From an uncultured Clostridia bacterium (GTDB taxonomy: Bacteria; Bacillota; Clostridia; Saccharofermentanales; Saccharofermentanaceae), in NCBI GenBank assembly GCA_946403085.1, contig CAMIYM010000006.1, forward strand, positions 66,131 to 130,130: DNA of 64,000 nucleotides, in the 5' to 3' direction. The notes under the pieces are model-generated. The model worked only from the letters and a program-made list of their open reading frames with translations. It was not told the origin of the DNA and did no database searches. The position numbers and the translations under genes were made by a program. Below, piece by piece: positions 48,843-55,490 of this stretch (position 1 is its first letter; each line of letters starts with the position of its first letter).

Positions 48843-49982
48843 TTATCTCACCAGAAATTGATCATAGATCTCATCAACATGTGTGATGAATTCTTTTGCT
48901 TCATCCATCGTATTATATCTGGAGAAGCTGAGTCTTACCGCATTTGCAGCCGTTTTCCTGTCAACGCCCATCTCAAGGAGCACGTAAGATACCTTCTTCT
49001 GCTTGGCTGAACATGCGGAAACGGTCGATACATAAATATCGTATATCTCGAGGCAATGAAGCATCGTCTCGGATTCAAAGCCTTGGAATGAGACATTGAG
49101 TACATAAGGAAGCGCATCATCAGGTGAAAGGATCTTTGCTCCCCTTTCAGATAATTCTTTCCTGAGATAACTGTTGATCTCGCAGGCCTTTTCGCGGGCC
49201 TCCTCAATGCCTTCTGAAACTTCCTTCAAAGCTGCAAGGAAAGCACCAGCAAGCACAGGGCTCTGTGTTCCTGAGCGCATACCGTCCTGCTGTCCGCCTC
49301 CGAGTATCAGCGGATCGACCTTTATGCCCTTTTTGATATAAAGGACACCATTGCCTTTAACAGAGTGGATCTTGTGTCCTGAGAAAGAACACATATCCGC
49401 ACCGAGCTTTGAAAGATCTATCGGCATCTTTCCTAACGCCTGTACGCAGTCAAGATAGATAGCTGTTGAAGGAGAAACTGACCTGATGGTTCTCGAAATA
49501 TCCTCAAACGGAAGGACAGCTCCTGTCTCGTTATTTACAAGTGTGAAGCATGCCAATGCCACATCACCTTTGTTAAGCTCTTCAACGAGACTTGCCTCGA
49601 CAGGTTTTCCATCCATGCCGGCTTTGACATAACGGATCTCATAACCCTGCTTGGCAAGATATTCAAGACATTCCAAAGTAGCCTTGTGTTCAGTCTTTGT
49701 GGAGATAACGGCATTTCCCGCTCTCCTGTTACGGCTCATGTATCCCTTGATAGCAGTGTTGGCACTTTCTGTGGCACAGGACGTGAAAAAGATTTCTTCA
49801 GGCTTAGCGCCAAGAAGTCCTGCTGTCTCTCTTCTTATGCCTTCGTATGTTTCCATGGCCTTATTGCCAAGTTTATGCAGAGCTCCGGGATTCGCTGAAA
49901 CCGGATCTTCCGTAAGCTCGATCATCTTTGCTCTTACCGCTTCTGATACAAAGGTGGTTGCACTGTTATCGAAATAGATCAT
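48843..49982 (-). CDS. cysteine desulfurase (NifS/IscS family)
   Basis: Contains IYFDNSATT, the PLP lysine context FSGHKI and the active-site loop SACS. Confidence 0.85.
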   Translation of the reverse strand: MIYFDNSATTFVSEAVRAKMIELTEDPVSANPGALHKLGNKAMETYEGIRRETAGLLGAKPEEIFFTSCATESANTAIKGYMSRNRRAGNAVISTKTEHKATLECLEYLAKQGYEIRYVKAGMDGKPVEASLVEELNKGDVALACFTLVNNETGAVLPFEDISRTIRSVSPSTAIYLDCVQALGKMPIDLSKLGADMCSFSGHKIHSVKGNGVLYIKKGIKVDPLILGGGQQDGMRSGTQSPVLAGAFLAALKEVSEGIEEAREKACEINSYLRKELSERGAKILSPDDALPYVLNVSFQGFESETMLHCLEIYDIYVSTVSACSAKQKKVSYVLLEMGVDRKTAANAVRLSFSRYNTMDEAKEFITHVDEIYDQFLVR

Positions 49983-50085
49983 GATATGCCTCTTTCAAAA
50001 TGTCCTAAGTATTATATATTAGCGAGGCATTAACGCAACTGATATTTAATGGGCAGGATGAATAATTTTCGCGGAAAATCAGGCT

Positions 50086-51177
50086 TTATGGTCTTATCGC
50101 CGCATTGAGATTACGGATTTTCTTAAGCTCAGCTTTGTCCGAGTACATACGCTGATCTGAGATCTTTATGGATTCAGTAATGGTCTTTCCTTCTGTAACC
50201 ATAGCGTAGCCGTAAGCACATACATATTCAGTCTTATTCATCTCACATCTTATATTCTCTATGGCTTTTCGTATCATGTCTTCTCCAGCACCTATATAAA
50301 AGATCATGAACTCATCGCCTCCGACACGGTAGACCGTGGAATTGCGGCCACTGTTCGCACGTATAGTTTCCGCGACGGTCTTTAACGCATTGTCACCTGC
50401 TTCATGTCCGAAAGTATCATTAAGATACTTAAGGTCATTCATATCGATGGATACAACACCTGTTATGTATTTCTCATCCACCTCAATATCCTGATAGTAA
50501 CTCTGACGGTTAAGCAGGTTCGTCAGAGGATCGATCTTTGCCATATGGATATAGAGATATGTGAAATACAAAAGCGTTCCTGATGTAAATAATGCGCTGT
50601 AGTCCTTATCGATATCAAGAGCCATTATGATCAGAGCGCCTATAAGAGGTCCGAGCGTAATATAAGCAGCCACAACCTTGCTTACTCTTGAAGAATGCTT
50701 AAGGAAAACAAGATTATGGATCAGGAAAACGATTACATAGAATATGAAAAGATTATACGGAAGATAGCTCAAAAACCCGCCAGCATAGTGATTGGATTCA
50801 TGATAATAGAAAACAATATGCGTCCACTGCGACGTATAGAATATGGGAACACAGACAGCTTCCGGTATCAAAAGAAGCGCGAACAGCTTCTTGTTGATAT
50901 TAGTTGATGTAAGCACCATCATCACGATAATTATAGCCGGATATACCGAATATAATGTCGCAGTAAGGATCGGTCTTAAGACAGTATAGGAAGAAAATGT
51001 CTGAGTCCAGCGTTCTGCTATATAACAGACGAGTTCAATTAACATGAGTCCTATGGCGACAAGAGTCTTGCGCTTCATGCTGAAGGATATATGAGCGCTC
51101 ACAAACAAGAGGATCACAAGCCCGCCAAGCTCATAGATCATAACAAAATTATCACTGATGAATTCGTTTATCGTCAT
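50086..51177 (-). CDS. membrane-anchored diguanylate cyclase (GGDEF)
   Basis: About six N-terminal TM helices are followed by DPLTNLLNRQ and RVGGDEFMIF (the GGDEF active site). Confidence 0.8.
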   Translation of the reverse strand: MTINEFISDNFVMIYELGGLVILLFVSAHISFSMKRKTLVAIGLMLIELVCYIAERWTQTFSSYTVLRPILTATLYSVYPAIIIVMMVLTSTNINKKLFALLLIPEAVCVPIFYTSQWTHIVFYYHESNHYAGGFLSYLPYNLFIFYVIVFLIHNLVFLKHSSRVSKVVAAYITLGPLIGALIIMALDIDKDYSALFTSGTLLYFTYLYIHMAKIDPLTNLLNRQSYYQDIEVDEKYITGVVSIDMNDLKYLNDTFGHEAGDNALKTVAETIRANSGRNSTVYRVGGDEFMIFYIGAGEDMIRKAIENIRCEMNKTEYVCAYGYAMVTEGKTITESIKISDQRMYSDKAELKKIRNLNAAIRP

Positions 51178-51272
51178 ACAGGAAATCTCATTTATTCAGG
51201 ATTCATCAAAGAACTTAATATATTATATATTAGCCTGAGCAGATATACGAGCCTGAATTACAAAATAAGTTA

Positions 51273-52028
51273 TCAGAGATTTGCTTCGGGTCCCTTGTAT
51301 CTGGGTTTGCCTTCTGAACCTTTGCCGTATTCGATCGCATCCTTGGGGCACTGGTTGATACAAGCCATGCAGTGCGTACAGTTCTTTCCCCATGACGGCC
51401 TGTTATCAACGATCGTTATATTTGACAGCGGGCATATGCGAGCACATTTACCGCAGGCGATGCACTTATCAGTCGCTCTGAACTTCTTGGTCTTCATGAA
51501 ATCTTTATAGTAAACATCTCTTACCCATCTGGTAACCGAATATTCAAAAGAGCCGATCTTCTTACTGTCCAGCGTATCCCCTGCCATAACAGTATCTGCT
51601 ATCTTTTCTATCACAGGAAGCGCTTCATTTATGATCCTGCTGTTCTCGTCTTTCCCCTTTGTCGTGAATAATGCTATGTAATTCTGCGGCATTACTACCT
51701 GGGCCACTCCCATGAACTCCATGCCTTTCAGCGTGCAAAGATCCATGCTGACATTAGGGGATATCCCCATTGAAGAAGCACAGGTAACAACAAAATATGC
51801 TTTCACACCCTTAGGAAAAGTTGCGGATTCTATGAATTCAGTCATAGTTCTTGCCATGGCAGACATGTAAGAGGGACAACAGAACAGATATACTCCGGTA
51901 TCTTTAAAGACCGGACTTTCATGGTCCTTCGTATACTTTGTGATATCAACAGCTTCCTGCCCTATTGCTCTTGCGATCCTTTCGGCAACGAACCGGCTGT
52001 TACCGGTACCTGAAAAATAAAAGACCAT
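51273..52028 (-). CDS. flavodoxin-like domain fused to a 2x[4Fe-4S] ferredoxin domain (EFR1-type ferredoxin)
   Basis: The N-terminal FYFSGTGNS flavodoxin-like phosphate loop is present. The C-terminus has CIACGKCARICP and CTHCMACINQCP cluster motifs. Confidence 0.7.
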   Translation of the reverse strand: MVFYFSGTGNSRFVAERIARAIGQEAVDITKYTKDHESPVFKDTGVYLFCCPSYMSAMARTMTEFIESATFPKGVKAYFVVTCASSMGISPNVSMDLCTLKGMEFMGVAQVVMPQNYIALFTTKGKDENSRIINEALPVIEKIADTVMAGDTLDSKKIGSFEYSVTRWVRDVYYKDFMKTKKFRATDKCIACGKCARICPLSNITIVDNRPSWGKNCTHCMACINQCPKDAIEYGKGSEGKPRYKGPEANL

Positions 52029-52040
52029 ACATTTCTCCTT

Positions 52041-52694
52041 TTACTTAAGAGGCATTATCACGTTTTCCATGAACTTTCTGGCGCCGTCTTCCTTAAGAAG
52101 CATGTTTAATGTCTTGCTTGAAGGATTGCCATCAACGATCATCCGTTCCCTGAAAGCTTTGAGTTTGTCCTTATACTCAGGAATCACCGAAGAACTCCTT
52201 ACCGATGCCAGATAGGATGTTACTGTATCAAGAGCCATCAATACCAATTCATCTTCCGTACCGGTCTTGATAAGAGAGTAAGGCATTCGTTCTTTTACAT
52301 ACCAGTTATCTTTTTCGTCATAGTCAGGAAGATGCTTATGCTTCTCGAAAACATCTTTAAGAAGCCTGTCGTTTAATCCATCCTGACCGCATCCGTAATA
52401 CTCAGCAAATACGCAGCGTTTCTTCTTCATGCTCATGGCATCGATAAGAAGATAAGGAAGGTTTACAGATTCTGACGGCATAAATGACATCGTTATAAGT
52501 TCCATTCCCATCTTTGTCGTCGTATGCATCAGCATGATATGACCGAATCCAGCTACATCATACTGATCCACGGCAAAACGCATCAGCGGAAGTATTCTCG
52601 GGTATTTCATCCTGGAATACATGTCCTCTTTCTTAAGGACACCGCCGTTACTAAGTATTAGTTCGGATGCACTCTGCTTCAGATTGGCTATCAT
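52041..52694 (-). CDS. hypothetical protein with an unverified remote resemblance to ferredoxin-dependent bilin reductases
   Basis: 217 aa, with a 12-nt gap to the downstream gene and an ATGA overlap with the upstream gene. FGHIMLMH..GMELITMSFMPSESVNLPYLLIDA and the C-terminal DGNPSSKTLNMLLKEDGARKFMENVIMPL line up with PcyA-type motifs as I recall them (see findings). Confidence 0.4.
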   Translation of the reverse strand: MIANLKQSASELILSNGGVLKKEDMYSRMKYPRILPLMRFAVDQYDVAGFGHIMLMHTTTKMGMELITMSFMPSESVNLPYLLIDAMSMKKKRCVFAEYYGCGQDGLNDRLLKDVFEKHKHLPDYDEKDNWYVKERMPYSLIKTGTEDELVLMALDTVTSYLASVRSSSVIPEYKDKLKAFRERMIVDGNPSSKTLNMLLKEDGARKFMENVIMPLK

Positions 52695-53536
52695 TTGCTG
52701 AAACTCTTTTTAATATATTCCTTAAAACTCATATCGCCTGCGACCGTATCGCCGACCATATCATGCGTAAGTGTCCATTTTGAGAATTTGATGATAGCTT
52801 CCTTGCCATTCTTCTTAAGCTTATTGATCCAGGCAAGCATATCGAATATTCCGGGAGATACCATCTTGATCACAGCGGGCTTGCCGGCTGCCTCAAAGCA
52901 CATTTTCGCGATCTCTTCATAAGAATACTTCTCTTTACCACCGACAGAATACATCTTATTCTGATCCAGCATGTGTGAGACGATAAATGCCGCAAAGTCT
53001 TCAGTAGATACGATATTGGCATATACGGGTTCTTTTCCAAGAAGGGTTACCTTACCCTTCTCGATCATAGGCTTGAACACTTTTATGATGTCGTAGAAAT
53101 ATCCGGTCGGACGGTGGATAACATACGTAAGACCGCTCTTTTTCAGTTCTTCCTCGAAAAGATATTTCGCATTGACCATCGGAACATCAGGAGCCTCGTT
53201 GGCTTTAACGACAGAGATATAGACAAAGTTCTTTATTCCGGCTTTTTTCGCTTCATTCAAAAGATTGATATTGCCCTGATAATCAATATCGTAGTTACTT
53301 ACAGTAGCTGAACCCTTGGTAAGACCTACTGTAGTGATCAGGACATCCGCACCGTCGCAAACGCCTTCAAGGGTCTTCGGATCAGTAACATCGATCTTAT
53401 GAAAAACATATCCTGATGAGATACCGATATCTCTTTGGGCTATGTCCAAAGCTATTACTTCATTACCGGATCTGATGAGCTCCCTGAAAACATCAGATCC
53501 AAGATTACCGTAAGCTCCTGCAAGAACAACCTTCAT
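52691..53536 (-). CDS. atypical SDR, NAD(P)H-binding, NmrA/DVR(BciA)-like
   Basis: The N-terminal Rossmann motif is VLAGAYGNLGS. Other matching segments are DYQGNINLLNEAKKAGIKNFVYISV, YVIHRPTGYF, EKGKVTLLG, STEDFAAFI and VGGKEKYSYEEI. Confidence 0.7.
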   Translation of the reverse strand: MKVVLAGAYGNLGSDVFRELIRSGNEVIALDIAQRDIGISSGYVFHKIDVTDPKTLEGVCDGADVLITTVGLTKGSATVSNYDIDYQGNINLLNEAKKAGIKNFVYISVVKANEAPDVPMVNAKYLFEEELKKSGLTYVIHRPTGYFYDIIKVFKPMIEKGKVTLLGKEPVYANIVSTEDFAAFIVSHMLDQNKMYSVGGKEKYSYEEIAKMCFEAAGKPAVIKMVSPGIFDMLAWINKLKKNGKEAIIKFSKWTLTHDMVGDTVAGDMSFKEYIKKSFSK

Positions 53537-53555
53537 AAGCTAAGCCTCCCGAGAT

Positions 53556-54680
53556 TTATTTCATAGTAATCAGTTCATATTCACGTGTGCCTATTCCTAT
53601 CTTCTCAGCATGTTCCAGCGTCTCATTCCAGGAGACATTCGGATTGCTGTTATGCCAGTGATCACCATGATCGTGGAAATGAGGATCTGCCATGTTATCA
53701 CCGAGCTGGCTGTTGCGGATAGGTTCTGCTTTTTGACATAGATCGACACAAGCCTGATCAAGCGCGACCGGATCAAAAGATGCGAGCATTCCGATATCAG
53801 GAAGGATCGGTGCATCATTCTCTCCGTGGCAGTCACAGTTAGGAGATACATCAGTGATAAGGCTTATATGGAAATTCGGTCTGCCGCTGATTACTGCAGC
53901 CGTATATTCAGCCATTCTGCAGCCTAAAAGCTGTGGTGCATCCCAGTTATCGTTCTCTATGGCATCAAAAGCACAAGCTCCGATACAGCGTCCGCACCCT
54001 TTGCACTTATCAGGATCGATCCATGCTTTTTTATTCTCATAGCTTATCGCATCAGATCCGCACTCTTTGGAACATCTCCTGCATCCTCTGCACATATCAG
54101 CAATTACATGCGGATGGCCGCTCTGATGCTGCTGCATCTTTCCGGCACGGCTTCCGCAGCCCATACCGATATTCTTTATAGCTCCGCCGAAGCCTGCCTG
54201 CTCATGTCCTTTGAAATGAGTAAGAGAGATAAAGATATCAGCATCCATTACCGCTCTTCCGATGTAGGCTTCCTTGCAGTACTCTCCGTTCGGAACAGGA
54301 ACGATAATGTCATCTGTACCGCGGAGACCATCAGCAATAAGGATCTGACAGCCTGTAGTTACAGTATTGAATCCGTTCATGTTCGCACAATCAAGGTGCT
54401 CTAATGCATGCTTTCTGCTTCCGGGATAAAGAGTATTGCAGTCAGTAAGGAAAGGAAGACCGCCATTTTCCTTGATGACATCCGCAACTGCCTTGGCATA
54501 GTTTGGTCTCAAATAAGCAAGGTTTCCAAGCTCTCCGAAATGCATCTTGATCGCTACGAACTTACCGTCAAAATCAATTGAACCGATTCCCGCCATCCTG
54601 ATCAGCTTCTGAAGCTTCGCCGTAAGCGATACACCTAAGCCGGTTCTGAAATCGGTGAAATATACCTTTGACTTCTCCAT
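53556..54680 (-). CDS. DUF362-type protein with an inserted 2x[4Fe-4S] ferredoxin module
   Basis: Contains KVYFTDFR..VAIKMHFGE..LTDCNT (DUF362-like), CRGCRRCSKEC and CKGCGRCIGAC cluster motifs, and a downstream CDCHG. Confidence 0.7.
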   Translation of the reverse strand: MEKSKVYFTDFRTGLGVSLTAKLQKLIRMAGIGSIDFDGKFVAIKMHFGELGNLAYLRPNYAKAVADVIKENGGLPFLTDCNTLYPGSRKHALEHLDCANMNGFNTVTTGCQILIADGLRGTDDIIVPVPNGEYCKEAYIGRAVMDADIFISLTHFKGHEQAGFGGAIKNIGMGCGSRAGKMQQHQSGHPHVIADMCRGCRRCSKECGSDAISYENKKAWIDPDKCKGCGRCIGACAFDAIENDNWDAPQLLGCRMAEYTAAVISGRPNFHISLITDVSPNCDCHGENDAPILPDIGMLASFDPVALDQACVDLCQKAEPIRNSQLGDNMADPHFHDHGDHWHNSNPNVSWNETLEHAEKIGIGTREYELITMK

Positions 54681-54881
54681 CGAAAAACTCCTCCTGAAAC
54701 TGTTAAACGGGACTCGAAAAGCACTAAATTATTGGTTTACAACGTCATATTCACATATAAAAGATTCTTATTCAAGACTTGTATTTTGGTAGGTATTGAA
54801 TACACACCCGTTTAATGTACTTATTGTCAGAGCGATAATGTATAATATATTTGATGTTTTATCGGAATGGGAGGATTATTT

Positions 54882-55265
54882 ATGAGTTATTCAGCAAACA
54901 CAGAGCACACACCAATAATCTTTAATGACCATCATGGCGAGAGCCTTGCAGACGCTAACATCCGTATAGGCAACATCAACAGCGAGATCACAGAACTTCA
55001 GATCAAGATCCAGGCTATGTATCAGGTTATGCTCGATCAGGGGATCGATCCACAGGTGTTCGAAGACAAGATAGCGGAGATCATGAAGAACAGAACGCCT
55101 GCTTCTACGATACCCAAAGATTCCCAGCCTTGTCCGAGATGCGGAAGACAGGTTAAGAAATCAACCGTATCCCCGCTTCTTGGAAGATGTCTCTACTGCG
55201 GAAAAGATGTATCGTTCGCACCGACCTTCTTAAGTGGAAACACTCAGGAGAAACCGGCAGAGTAA
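54882..55265 (+). CDS. hypothetical small protein (127 aa) with a coiled-coil segment and a C-terminal zinc ribbon
   Basis: I prefer the ATG at 54882, with GGGAGGA 7 nt upstream. It has CPRCGRQ...CLYCGKD (CxxC-N17-CxxC). A terminator follows. Confidence 0.5.
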   Translation: MSYSANTEHTPIIFNDHHGESLADANIRIGNINSEITELQIKIQAMYQVMLDQGIDPQVFEDKIAEIMKNRTPASTIPKDSQPCPRCGRQVKKSTVSPLLGRCLYCGKDVSFAPTFLSGNTQEKPAE

Positions 55266-55285
55266 TCCATAATTATCACTTAAAC

Positions 55286-55325
55286 AAAAATATCCCCCGT
55301 CTTTATAAGAACGGGGGATTTTTCA
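55286..55325. terminator. bidirectional rho-independent terminator (serves the small + strand ORF and the - strand tRNA-Leu)
   Basis: ATCCCCCGT-N10-ACGGGGGAT is followed by TTTTT on the + strand and preceded by A5 (T-run on the - strand). Confidence 0.65.
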
Positions 55326-55327
55326 TC

Positions 55328-55414
55328 TGGTGCAGATGGCGGGACTTGAACCCGCACGAGATTGCTCCCACTAGCACCTGAAGCTAGCGCGTCTGCCAAT
55401 TCCACCACATCTGC
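55328..55414 (-). tRNA. tRNA-Leu (anticodon CAG)
   Basis: 87-nt class II tRNA with a GCAGATG/CATCTGC acceptor and encoded CCA. The anticodon arm is CTAGC-TTCAGGT-GCTAG, the long variable arm is TGGGAGCAATCTCGT, and the T arm is GCGGG-TTCAAGT-CCCGC. Confidence 0.85.
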
Positions 55415-55490
55415 GTGCGGGATAGATTTTATAACATGAGGCGGTATTTTTCAATAAGAACAAAAAGCCTTGTTAGGTTATAATCTCTTT

